Assembly (NCBI GenBank): GCA_050735075.1 | Contig: JBOHVJ010000165.1 | Span: 1 to 44,717 of the forward strand | Length of the DNA stretch: 44,717 nt | Reading direction: 5' to 3' | Source: Candidatus Binatia bacterium | GTDB lineage: Bacteria > Desulfobacterota > Binatia > UBA9968 | Shown: piece after piece, positions 25,820-34,631 of the stretch | Layout of the letters: each line of letters begins with the position of its first letter | How positions within the stretch are numbered: the first letter of the stretch is position 1 | The notes under the pieces: model-generated | Database searches by the model: none | Seen by the model: the letters and a program-made list of their open reading frames with translations, nothing else | What the model was told of the DNA's origin: nothing | Translations under genes and position numbers: made by a program

Positions 25820-27340
25820 ATGACAGACAATGTGCTAAGCTACATGACCTTCTTTCCCCTGGCCGGGATGATCGTGGTTCTTCTCTTGCCGCGGGATCGT
25901 CACAACCTGATCCGCTGGGCCTCTGCCCTTTTCACTGCGCCGCCGCTCCTGCTCGCCGTTTGGCTCTACGTCAATTTTGATCTGACAAGTCCAGGACTCC
26001 AGTTCGTCGAAAAGTACCCCTGGATCCCTGCCTATAACATCGAGTATTTCGTGGGTGTTGATGGAATCAGCATCTCCATGGTGCTTTTGACTGCCCTTCT
26101 TTGCTTTCTTTGCATCTTCGCCTCCTGGGGCATCGACAAGGCAGTTAAGGGATACTTCGCTCTCTTTCTGCTGCTCGATACAGGGATGATGGGGGTTTTC
26201 GTCGCCCTCGATTTTTTTCTCTTTTACATCTTTTGGGAGGTGATGCTCCTCCCCATGTACTTTTTGATCGGGATTTGGGGCGGTCCGCGCAGAGAGTATG
26301 CCGCGATTAAGTTTTTCCTCTACACCCTTTTCGGCAGCGTGCTCATGTTGCTCGCGATTTTAGCCCTCTATTTCACCAGCGAGCCTCATATCTTTGACAT
26401 GACCAAACTCATCGCCCAAAGCAGCAAGTACAGCACCGCAGCGCTGCCTTTTTGGCCTTTTGACCAACTGGGATGGGGATTTCAACACGTTGTCTGGATG
26501 GCGCTCTTTATCGGTTTTGCCATCAAGATCCCGGCCTTTCCCTTCCACACCTGGCTTCCAGATGCCCACGTGGAGGCGCCCACAGCGATATCGGTCATCC
26601 TGGCTGGCATTCTTCTCAAGATGGGCACCTACGGGATCCTGCGGATCAATTTTCCCATGCTCCCCGCAGCCACGGCGGATCTTGCCTATATTTTTCTTGG
26701 AGCCTTGGGAACCTGGAACATTATTTACGGGGCGCTCTGCGCCATGGCGCAAAAAGACTTTAAAAAACTTGTTGCCTATTCCAGTGTCAGCCATATGGGG
26801 TATGTGATGTTGGGGATGGCCACCTTCACCCCGCAGGGGATTAACGGTGCGGTTCTACAGATGTTCAACCACGGCACGATCACCGGGATGCTCTTTCTCC
26901 TGGTGGGCGTGATCTACGATCGTGCCCATCACCGCGACATCGAGGGGTTCGGAGGCTTGGCGGCGATCATGCCGGTCTATACGGGTGTCACGGCCCTGGC
27001 CTTTTTTGCCTCGATGGGGTTGCCTGGTCTCTCCGGTTTTATCTCTGAGGTCCTGGTGCTCCTTGGCGCTTGGCAGAAGTATCCGGTCCTCACTATCTTC
27101 GGGGCGGGCGGAGTGGTTTTGACTGCTGGATATTTTCTTTGGACGATCCAACGGGTCTATCTGGGCCCGACCAGCGAGAAATATAAGAATCTACCAGAAA
27201 TCAACGGTCGAGAACTCTTCACGCTGATTCCTCTTGGGATCATAGTCATCATACTTGGCGTCTATCCTCGTGCGGTACTCGATCTATTAGGTTCTTCCCT
27301 GGACCATCTCAATCAGATTGTAATCCCGCATCTCTCTTAG
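25820..27340 (+). CDS. nuoM: NADH-quinone oxidoreductase subunit M
   Basis: FFLFYIFWEVMLLPMYFLI and FPFHTWLPDAHVEAPT. Confidence 0.92.
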   Translation: MTDNVLSYMTFFPLAGMIVVLLLPRDRHNLIRWASALFTAPPLLLAVWLYVNFDLTSPGLQFVEKYPWIPAYNIEYFVGVDGISISMVLLTALLCFLCIFASWGIDKAVKGYFALFLLLDTGMMGVFVALDFFLFYIFWEVMLLPMYFLIGIWGGPRREYAAIKFFLYTLFGSVLMLLAILALYFTSEPHIFDMTKLIAQSSKYSTAALPFWPFDQLGWGFQHVVWMALFIGFAIKIPAFPFHTWLPDAHVEAPTAISVILAGILLKMGTYGILRINFPMLPAATADLAYIFLGALGTWNIIYGALCAMAQKDFKKLVAYSSVSHMGYVMLGMATFTPQGINGAVLQMFNHGTITGMLFLLVGVIYDRAHHRDIEGFGGLAAIMPVYTGVTALAFFASMGLPGLSGFISEVLVLLGAWQKYPVLTIFGAGGVVLTAGYFLWTIQRVYLGPTSEKYKNLPEINGRELFTLIPLGIIVIILGVYPRAVLDLLGSSLDHLNQIVIPHLS

Positions 27341-27346
27341 GAAGCC

Positions 27347-28825
27347 ATGGACCTAGCCAATCTCGAAAGCCTGAGATTCTTCTACCCGGAGAGCATTCTT
27401 ACCGGGACTATCCTCCTTCTCGTCCTCCTTGACCTGGTCGTAGAGAATAAGAAAAGCCTCGGCCTTATCGCTCTGCTGGGTTGCCTCTTCTCCCTCTTCG
27501 CCACCTGGCTGCTTTATGGGGAGCCCGGAGGTTTGCTCTTCCACCGCATGATCATCCTGGACAACTTCAGCCTCTTTTTTAAAGTCGTCTCCCTGCTGGC
27601 TGCTCTGCTTGTCATCTGGATGTCTCTGAGCTGTCGTGAAATCCAGGAGATCCATCAGGGGGAATACTACACGGTCCTTCTCACCTCTGCCCTCGGCATG
27701 TTTTTTATGGCCTCTTCGGGCAATCTTCTGATGGCCTACCTCTCTTTGGAGCTGGTGAGTCTTACCTCATATATCCTGACCGGATTCTTGCCGCACAACC
27801 GCCGTTCGAGCGAAGCCGCGCTCAAGTATCTTATCTATGGCGGAGTGGCCTCAGGCACCATGATCTACGGGATGAGCTGGGTCTTTGGCATGACCGGCAG
27901 CCTGGACTACGTAAGGATCAACGAGGTCCTGCTACAGGGCGAAGTGAATCGCCTAAGCCTATTTATGGCGTTTGTCTTTATCCTGGCTGGGTTCGGCTAC
28001 AAGATCGTCTTTGTCCCTTTTCACATGTGGTCCCCTGATGTCTATCAAGGGGCGCCGACGCCGGTTACAGCCTTTCTCTCCGTCGGATCGAACGCAGCCG
28101 GCGTAGCCATTATGATCCGCTTTTTCTTTCCTGCGGTGTCCAGGATTGGTGTACATGGGGATTGGCTCTCTATCTCAGGTGTGGAGTGGCCCCATTTTCT
28201 TCTGGTCGTAAGCATGGTGACGATGACCCTGGGGAACCTCTGCGCCCTAAATCAGCAAAATCTCAAACGCCTTCTCGCCTATTCCGGCATCGCCCATGCG
28301 GGCTATATTCTCATGGGGCTCGTGGTCCTCAACAACGACGGGCTTAAGGCGATGCTCTTTTATGTAGTCGTCTATCTCATAATGAATTTGGGCGCATTTC
28401 TAGTCGTGGTGATTGTCGCCAATGCGACTGGCAGAGAGGATATTGAAGGCTACCGTGGCCTTGCCTGGCGCGGGGCAGCTATTCCCGCGGTGTGTATGGC
28501 GATCTTTCTCTTTTCTCTTACCGGACTTCCGCCCTTGGCAGGATTCATAGGGAAGTTCTTTCTCTTTGCCGCGGTGATTAAGGAGGAATTCTACCTATTG
28601 GCCGTCGTGGCGATCATCAACAGCGTCATCTCGCTCTACTATTATGCACACATCGTCAAGACCATGTTCCTCGATTTCCCCGAGCCGACCGATCAGGAGG
28701 TGGTGATGACTGCCGACAACTCGACCCTCCTGGGAGTCCTTTCCGCCCTGACCGTCCTCTTTGGCCTCTACTGGGGTCCCCTGGTCCAGTACACAAATCA
28801 ATCCCTCAGTTTTTTCATAAAATGA
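27347..28825 (+). CDS. nuoN: NADH-quinone oxidoreductase subunit N
   Basis: LSLELVSLTSYIL and VPFHMWSPDVYQGAPTPVTAF. Confidence 0.92.
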   Translation: MDLANLESLRFFYPESILTGTILLLVLLDLVVENKKSLGLIALLGCLFSLFATWLLYGEPGGLLFHRMIILDNFSLFFKVVSLLAALLVIWMSLSCREIQEIHQGEYYTVLLTSALGMFFMASSGNLLMAYLSLELVSLTSYILTGFLPHNRRSSEAALKYLIYGGVASGTMIYGMSWVFGMTGSLDYVRINEVLLQGEVNRLSLFMAFVFILAGFGYKIVFVPFHMWSPDVYQGAPTPVTAFLSVGSNAAGVAIMIRFFFPAVSRIGVHGDWLSISGVEWPHFLLVVSMVTMTLGNLCALNQQNLKRLLAYSGIAHAGYILMGLVVLNNDGLKAMLFYVVVYLIMNLGAFLVVVIVANATGREDIEGYRGLAWRGAAIPAVCMAIFLFSLTGLPPLAGFIGKFFLFAAVIKEEFYLLAVVAIINSVISLYYYAHIVKTMFLDFPEPTDQEVVMTADNSTLLGVLSALTVLFGLYWGPLVQYTNQSLSFFIK

Positions 28826-28989
28826 GAAAAGTAAAGAGCATGGTCGCCCGTGGCGTGGTCAAGGCACGAAAGTCTAAACCGGAAGAGGAAAAGTTCTTTC
28901 GTCTCCAGAGAAAGATGGCTTGCCGGGCACGGAAGAAGGGTGTCTTTACCGAAAAGGAGGTGGAACGGCTCGTTTTTGAAGACCGCTAA
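28822..28989 (+). CDS. Small basic ORF (55 aa), possible antitoxin remnant
   Basis: Below the ORF-track size cut-off. The ATG overlaps the nuoN stop (ATGA at 28822-28825). It reads MRKVKSMVARGVVKARKSKPEEEKFFRLQRKMACRARKKGVFTEKEVERLVFEDR. Its stop overlaps the next ATG (TAATG). Confidence 0.3.
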   Translation: MRKVKSMVARGVVKARKSKPEEEKFFRLQRKMACRARKKGVFTEKEVERLVFEDR

Positions 28990-29141
28990 TGAAAGTGGTC
29001 TTTAATAAGATCCTCCGATGTGCCCTTCAAGGGCGAGCAGACCTGTTTGTGACAGGAGATCATCACCTCCTTAAGCTAAGAAAATTTCAAAGCATGCCAA
29101 TCATCCGACTAGCGGATTGCCTAAGGACATTTCCAGATTAG
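28989..29141 (+). pseudogene. PIN-domain toxin remnant (C-terminal ~45 aa only; apparent internal deletion)
   Basis: In MKVVFNKILRCALQGRADLFVTGDHHLLKLRKFQSMPIIRLADCLRTFPD, the segment NKILRCAL..ADLFVTGDHHLL matches the last conserved block (VTGD acidic residue) of ~130-aa PIN toxins. MKVVF looks like a normal PIN N-terminus (MKVV.DTN...), so roughly 80 codons appear to be missing. Confidence 0.45.
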
Positions 29142-29171
29142 AGAATCTTAAAAAGAGGAAGGGACAAGAAT

Positions 29172-30077
29172 ATGACCCAACCGATCATCGGTTTTATTGG
29201 CTTGGGAATCATGGGGAAGCCCATGGCGAGAAATCTCATGAAGGCAGGGTTTTCCCTTGTCGTTCACAACCGCAGCCGCCCACCCGTGGATGAGTTGGCG
29301 AAAGAAGGCGCTGGAATTGCCGCGAATCCGCAAGAGGTCGCCGCGCAGACGGAGGTGGTCATCACCATGCTCCCTGACTCACCGGACGTGGAGCAGGTGA
29401 TCGCCGGCGAGCAGGGAGTGTTGGCGGGAGCGAAGCCGGGAATGGTGCTGATTGATATGTCGAGCATCTCGCCTGTGGTGGCGCGCCGGCTCGCGGCAGA
29501 GGCCGAAAAACGCGGGCTGGAAATGCTCGATGCGCCGGTCAGCGGCGGCGAGGTTGGCGCCATCAACGCGACGCTTTCAATCATGATTGGCGGCAAGGCT
29601 TCTGCGGTTGAGCGGGCGATGCCGCTCTTTCAGTCAATGGGCAAGAACATTGTGCATGTTGGCGATTCGGGCGCCGGGCAAGTGACGAAGGCAGCGAATC
29701 AAGTCGTCGTCGGTCTTACGATTGCGGCGGTGAGCGAAGCCTTGGTGCTGGCAACAAAGGCAGGCGTAGATCCTTCCAAGGTGAGACAGGCACTGCTGGG
29801 AGGATTTGCACAGTCGCGAATTTTGGACGCGCATGGGCAGAAAATGTTGGACCGCAATTTCAAACCCGGCTTCTCCATTCGTCTGCATGAAAAAGACCTG
29901 AGCATTGCCCTCGCTACAGGGAAAGAATACGGTGCGCCGCTCATGCTTACTGCCATTGTCCAGCAGATGATGAACGCCATGAAGGTAACGGGCCGGGGGG
30001 AGCTGGACCATTCAGGATTGGTCACGCTGATTGAGGATCTGGCCAAGGCTCAAGTAGGTAAACGGGGAGTTAAATAG
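29172..30077 (+). CDS. NAD(P)-dependent 2-hydroxy-3-oxopropionate (tartronate semialdehyde) reductase / 3-hydroxyisobutyrate dehydrogenase family
   Basis: IGFIGLGIMGKPMARNL Rossmann motif, MLPDSPDVEQV, DMSSISP, LDAPVSGGEVGA. Confidence 0.8.
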   Translation: MTQPIIGFIGLGIMGKPMARNLMKAGFSLVVHNRSRPPVDELAKEGAGIAANPQEVAAQTEVVITMLPDSPDVEQVIAGEQGVLAGAKPGMVLIDMSSISPVVARRLAAEAEKRGLEMLDAPVSGGEVGAINATLSIMIGGKASAVERAMPLFQSMGKNIVHVGDSGAGQVTKAANQVVVGLTIAAVSEALVLATKAGVDPSKVRQALLGGFAQSRILDAHGQKMLDRNFKPGFSIRLHEKDLSIALATGKEYGAPLMLTAIVQQMMNAMKVTGRGELDHSGLVTLIEDLAKAQVGKRGVK

Positions 30078-30252
30078 GTCTCCGAGTCTATACTTGTCTC
30101 TAGAACTCGCTGGACGTTTTTGCTCATTTTTGTTCAATCTCGCTGACTTACCGAAAAGCAACCCCATGAGTTTTATTCTTAAAAGTCCTGAAATACAAGA
30201 GTGTTAGAGCATTTCTGACCTAGCTACACTTCTGGCATTCCACTTGCGTCAC

Positions 30253-30281
30253 CTCCTCCAGAAGACTGTATTCCGGAGGAG
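30253..30281 (+). promoter_or_regulatory. Hairpin sequestering the Shine-Dalgarno sequence of the MlaC-like gene
   Basis: CTCCTCC (30253-30259) is perfectly complementary to GGAGGAG (30275-30281) across a 15-nt loop. The ATG is at 30285. Confidence 0.3.
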
Positions 30282-30284
30282 AAA

Positions 30285-30896
30285 ATGAAACGGCGAAGTA
30301 GATGCTTGAGTTCAGGTCTGTTAGCCTTCTTTCTTTCCTGGGGCGCCAACTCAGCGTCCCTTGCAGCCACTCCGACGCATCAGATTAAGGAGACGGTCGA
30401 CAGCGTCCTGGCCGTTATACAAGACCCTACGAAAGTGGGGGAGGCCAAAAAAGCAGAGAGGAGAGAGATGCTTCGAGGGCTCCTGTTACCGCGATTTGAC
30501 TTCCCAGAGATGGCCAAAAGGTCTCTAGGGAGTCATTGGAAGAATCACAATGGAAAGCAGGAAGAGTATGTCTCCGTTTTCACGGATTTTATGGAGAACT
30601 CTTACATAGGCATTGTGGAATCCTTTAAGGAGGGGAAAATCGTCTTTGTACGTGAGCGCGTAGATAAAGACTTCGCTGAGGTTGATACCAGAGTACTCCC
30701 ACTCAAAGAGCAGCCGCTATCCATCACTTATAAGCTCCACCTCGTTGGAGGAGAATGGAAGATTTACGATGTGGTTATCGAGACCGTCAGCCTGGTAAAC
30801 AACTACCGCTCTCAATTTAACCGCATCATCTCCTCCGCTTCATTTGACGAACTGCTCAGAAAGTTGCGCGAAAAGATTTCTGAAACCGGGAGCTGA
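30285..30896 (+). CDS. mlaC: MlaC/Ttg2D-family phospholipid-binding periplasmic protein
   Basis: It has a signal peptide. LLPRFDFPEMAKRSLGSHW ... WKIYDVVIETVSLVNNYRSQF is characteristic of the family. Confidence 0.75.
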   Translation: MKRRSRCLSSGLLAFFLSWGANSASLAATPTHQIKETVDSVLAVIQDPTKVGEAKKAERREMLRGLLLPRFDFPEMAKRSLGSHWKNHNGKQEEYVSVFTDFMENSYIGIVESFKEGKIVFVRERVDKDFAEVDTRVLPLKEQPLSITYKLHLVGGEWKIYDVVIETVSLVNNYRSQFNRIISSASFDELLRKLREKISETGS

Positions 30897-31149
30897 AGCT
30901 TCGAGGGGTCCCTCCTACTAGCGGATTTTCAAGGAGCGCTTGCCGTTCCAAGTCCCTTTCAAAATATCTTCATTCTTAATTTGGGCGTAATTCCCTAAGA
31001 CCCGCTGACTAAATTCCTTATCCGTTTTGTACCGATGCACCCCCGGATAGGTTTGCTTGACAGGAGGCGCGCCTTCATTTACGGTTGGTTTGCCAAGAGG
31101 CTAAATCCTCGTGCCTGCCCACGGCGGCGAAGACAAAAAGGGGGTTTTG

Positions 31150-32121
31150 ATGTTGGATACGACGAAGAGAAAAGAGATGCTGCGGACGATGATAAAAGTC
31201 CGTGCCTTTGAGGAGAAGCTGAACGAGCTCTATCAGAAAAAAGTGATGTTTGGGAATCCCCATTCCTACCGCGGTCAGGAGGCCATAGCGGTCGGCGTCT
31301 GCTCCGCTCTCGAATCAAGGGATCTGATAGCAAGTTACCACCGCGGCACAGGGCATCTGGTAGCCAAAGGGGCGGATCTCTATCACCTTCTGTGTGAATG
31401 TCTGGGCCGGCTCGACGGATACTCCAAGGGGCGCGGCGGCAAGATGCATATGGGTGACCTCTCTTTCGGCTTTATCGGCAACACCGGTACGGTTGGAGCC
31501 ACGGTTCCTATCGCTACGGGGGCTGCTCTTGCTGCGAAGATGAGGGGTAGCAGGGAAGTGGTGGTGAGTTTTCTAGGAGAGGGGGGAATGAACCAGGGCG
31601 TGGTCCATGAGGCGATGAACTTTGCCGGTCTTTGGAAGCTCCCGGTCATCTATGTGTGCGAAAACAATTTCTATGCGATGACCGTGAGCCTAGAGAAAAG
31701 CGTTGCCATCAAGCATGTTGCCGAGCGGGCAAGGGGTTATGGGTTTGAAGGCAAGGTGATCGACGGCAACGACATAGAGCTGGTTTATGAAGAGACGCGA
31801 AAGGCGGCGGAAAAGGGGCGAGCCGGCGAGGGGGCGACTTTCTTAGAGTGCTTGACCTACAGGTGGGATGGTCACTTCGGCGGAGATCCGGGAGTCGGCT
31901 ATCGGGCTAAGGAGGAAGTCGAGGAGTGGAAGCAGCGCTGCCCAATCAAGCGGCTCAGGGAAAAGCTTCTGGGGGAAGGGAAATTGACAGCAGAGGAATT
32001 TGAGAGAATGAACGCAGCCGTTTACGCTGAGATCGACGAGGTCGCGCTCAAGGCTCAGGCAGCTCCGCTACCTCCTAAGGAGGTTGAGTTAGACAGCGTA
32101 TTTGCTAGTGCAAGCATATGA
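31150..32121 (+). CDS. Thiamine-diphosphate-dependent 2-oxoacid (pyruvate/acetoin) dehydrogenase E1 alpha subunit
   Basis: YRGQEAIAVG, GKGGKMH-type GRGGKMHMGD, and the TPP-binding GEGGMNQGVVHEAMNFAGLWKLPVIYVCENN. I chose ATG 31150 (AGGGGG upstream) over the GTG at 31111. Confidence 0.85.
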   Translation: MLDTTKRKEMLRTMIKVRAFEEKLNELYQKKVMFGNPHSYRGQEAIAVGVCSALESRDLIASYHRGTGHLVAKGADLYHLLCECLGRLDGYSKGRGGKMHMGDLSFGFIGNTGTVGATVPIATGAALAAKMRGSREVVVSFLGEGGMNQGVVHEAMNFAGLWKLPVIYVCENNFYAMTVSLEKSVAIKHVAERARGYGFEGKVIDGNDIELVYEETRKAAEKGRAGEGATFLECLTYRWDGHFGGDPGVGYRAKEEVEEWKQRCPIKRLREKLLGEGKLTAEEFERMNAAVYAEIDEVALKAQAAPLPPKEVELDSVFASASI

Positions 32122-32153
32122 TTACATTAGTTTACTCTCACTCGGTGAAGAGA

Positions 32154-32276
32154 GCCTTCAGGCCGCGAGCAATGGACCACTACCTTGAGGGCCGCCACCC
32201 CGACCCCAGAGGGTGGCTACTCCAACGGTCTGGGCCTCCCGGAACCTTCACGTTCCTGTGCCCCCGGCCTTCAGGC
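32154..32276. repeat. GC-rich repeat-bearing insert in the E1alpha-E1beta spacer
   Basis: The direct 10-mer GCCTTCAGGC occurs at 32154-32163 and 32267-32276. They flank the hairpin GCCACCC-N10-GGGTGGC (32194-32217). The spacer is 222 nt, where such gene pairs are usually tightly linked. Confidence 0.35.
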
Positions 32277-32343
32277 TCCTTCCCCGCGCGGCGCCAAGTG
32301 GGAAACGTTGTTAGAGATGTTCCTATCAGATCGGAGGTGGCTC

Positions 32344-33360
32344 ATGGCTAAGGTAATGGAGTCGCAGGCGCCTAAAGCGGAGGTCAGGGAGATGCGCCTT
32401 CAGGAGGCGCTTAGGGAGACGCTTCGCTACGAAATGGCGCGGGATGAGCGGGTTTTTGTCATGGGCGAGGATGTAGCTCTGTTCGGCGGCGCTTACGGAG
32501 TGACTCGCGGTTTGCTGCAAGAGTTTAGCGAGGATCGAGTTCGGGATACTCCCATCTCTGAGGCGGCAATGATCGGACTCGCTATTGGCGCAGCGATCAA
32601 CGGGATGAGGCCGATCGTGGAGATCCAGTTCTGTGATCTCCTGCCCATCTGCATGGACCAGCTCACCACCCATGCAGCCCGCTATCACTACCAGACCGGC
32701 GGCCGTATTTCGGTACCCATGGTGGTGCGGAGCAAATTCGGCACCCGGCCAGGAGGTGGGCCAAGCCATTCGAGTTGCAACCACGGCGCCTTTATCCCAT
32801 TCCCAGGACTTAAGATCATCGTTCCTGCTACGCCTGCAGACGCGAAGGGACTTCTCCTCTCAGCCATTCGTGATCCCAACCCTGTCCTTTCCTTTGAGAG
32901 CCATCACCTCTACGGCGTGAGAGGCCCAGTACCCGAAGGTGATTACACGGTACCGATCGGCGTGGCTGCGGTGCGCCGTGAGGGAAAGGATCTGACCATT
33001 GTCACCTGTGGAGGCATGGTGCTGAAAGTAGACGAGGCAGCAGCAAGGCTTAAGGAGAAAGGCATCGATAGCGAAATCGTCGACCTCCGCTCTCTGGCTC
33101 CACTGGATCAAGAGACGATTCTCAAGTCCGTCGCTAAGACCAAGAGGGCGATGGTGGCTGATGAAGGGCCGATCGTCGGCGGAGTCACGTCGGAGATCGC
33201 AGCGATCATCCAGGAAAACCTTTTCTCTGATCTAAAGGGACCGGTGGTTAGAGTTGGCGCCTGCCCGCTGCCTGCACCTCATAGTCCGCCTCTGGTCGAG
33301 GCGATGGTTCCTGGTGTGGATAAGATCGTTTCGGCCGCGCTAAGTCTGGTTGGGTATTGA
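32344..33360 (+). CDS. 2-oxoacid dehydrogenase E1 beta subunit (transketolase-like)
   Basis: VFVMGEDVALFGGAYGVTRGL, DTPISEAAMIGLAIGAA, and a C-terminal transketolase domain. I chose ATG 32344 (GGAGG upstream). The track start at 32185 translates the spacer repeat. Confidence 0.85.
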   Translation: MAKVMESQAPKAEVREMRLQEALRETLRYEMARDERVFVMGEDVALFGGAYGVTRGLLQEFSEDRVRDTPISEAAMIGLAIGAAINGMRPIVEIQFCDLLPICMDQLTTHAARYHYQTGGRISVPMVVRSKFGTRPGGGPSHSSCNHGAFIPFPGLKIIVPATPADAKGLLLSAIRDPNPVLSFESHHLYGVRGPVPEGDYTVPIGVAAVRREGKDLTIVTCGGMVLKVDEAAARLKEKGIDSEIVDLRSLAPLDQETILKSVAKTKRAMVADEGPIVGGVTSEIAAIIQENLFSDLKGPVVRVGACPLPAPHSPPLVEAMVPGVDKIVSAALSLVGY

Positions 33361-33498
33361 GCTACCCCATCACTTGTACAACGGACGAGACGCCCGATTT
33401 TCGCTCGGCTACTTCTGTCCGGCCAAAGTGAACCGAGATAAAAACAACCGAAGCCGCGAAGAAGAGAAATATCAACGGGGGGTGCCGCACGATTCCTT

Positions 33499-34629
33499 CT
33501 ACCTCTTTTCCCGCGCCGCCATAATTTCCTTGGCAAGCTTAAAAATCGGTGTCAGGTCGGCGAATTTTGCCTGGGAGATGTCTAAATACTTTCTTCCCTC
33601 AATGAGCATGTTGTCTGGCGGGAGGCCGTCCTTTGGGATATCGATGCGCCGCGAATTAGGCGGTAGTTCGCCGTAGAGATCCTGGTGTCTCTGCAATGCC
33701 ATTTGTCCTTTACGTGAAAGGAACCAGTTGATAAAGACCTTCGCCGCATTGGGATGAGGTCCTCCTTTGACGAGGCTTAGGGAGCCACCGCCCGTAGTCA
33801 GGCCCTGTCCCTCTTTCCACGTATTGTCATCGACAAGGTCCACTGGAAGTCCTTGGCCCTTGGCCCTCTCCACCCCCCTGCATCCAATGCAGAGGGCGTA
33901 TTTCCCTTTTGCCATCCAGTCTAAGATGAGACGCCTGTCGCCGAAGGCAACATCCATGGTCTGGTAGAGCCGCCTGATCCATTCGGGGCCGATTTCAGGA
34001 TGATAATAGAAAAACTGCAGTGTGGCCCCGAGGCCGGTTTCCGTCAAAGGTTGGGAGGTAATTTTGTCTCTCCACTTTGAATCCAAAAGATCCCAGTAGG
34101 ATATGAACTCTTTCGGATGCACAAGCTGGGTATTATAAGAAATACTCCCTCCACCGGGGTTGGCTATATAGACGAAGATATACTTCCCCTCGGGATCTGT
34201 ATAGGCGTGCTTTGCTCCATACCATTTCGACTCATCCACCACTTCAGGTAAAATGAGTGCAGGCGGAACCGCGTCCAGGGCTTTACCCTTGTAAAGCAGG
34301 GTATAGGCGGAGTTGGCCCCACCACTATACATATCTGCTATGGCCTTCCCGGCCCTGACTTCCGCGAGAATCCTGGTGCCTAACTGGTTTCCGGTCCCGT
34401 TGACGCTGATGATTTTGATTTCGGGAAACTCTTTTCTAAACTCGTTGAGCAGGGGCTCCGTCCCGTACCGGCCTACATAGAGGTTCAGACGCCCCTCTTT
34501 TTTCGCTGCCGTGATGGTTTTCTCCCACTCCAGCTTCCAGTCCGCCCGGACTTTGGCGCTCGCGAGTAGCAGGAAAAGGGAAACAAGAGTCCCAGTCAGT
34601 CTCAAAAGGCGAAAGCGATTCCCAGGCAT
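33499..34629 (-). CDS. Periplasmic ABC-transporter substrate-binding protein (family 1/Fe3+-type SBP)
   Basis: It has a signal peptide. The LNLYVGRYG...ISVNGTGNQLGTRILAEVRAGKAIADMY pattern fits. No permease or ATPase gene is adjacent. Confidence 0.6.
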   Translation of the reverse strand: MPGNRFRLLRLTGTLVSLFLLLASAKVRADWKLEWEKTITAAKKEGRLNLYVGRYGTEPLLNEFRKEFPEIKIISVNGTGNQLGTRILAEVRAGKAIADMYSGGANSAYTLLYKGKALDAVPPALILPEVVDESKWYGAKHAYTDPEGKYIFVYIANPGGGSISYNTQLVHPKEFISYWDLLDSKWRDKITSQPLTETGLGATLQFFYYHPEIGPEWIRRLYQTMDVAFGDRRLILDWMAKGKYALCIGCRGVERAKGQGLPVDLVDDNTWKEGQGLTTGGGSLSLVKGGPHPNAAKVFINWFLSRKGQMALQRHQDLYGELPPNSRRIDIPKDGLPPDNMLIEGRKYLDISQAKFADLTPIFKLAKEIMAAREKR

Positions 34630-34631
34630 AA

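Noticed and set aside
30900-31075. A minus-strand reading frame giving ...YPGVHRYKTDKEFSQRVLGNYAQIKNEDILKGTWNGKRSLKIR*, which looks protein-like.
   Set aside because: There is no ATG start in frame. The only candidate is an internal GTG, which would give about 40 aa, and an upstream in-frame TAG is present. I recognise no family. It may be a gene remnant, but the support is insufficient.
32185-32343. A long N-terminal extension of the E1 beta subunit.
   Set aside because: The extension (MRAATPTPEGGYSNGLGLPEPSRS...) is a low-complexity translation of the GC-rich spacer insert. Homology to E1 beta starts just after the ATG at 32344, which has a GGAGG Shine-Dalgarno sequence.
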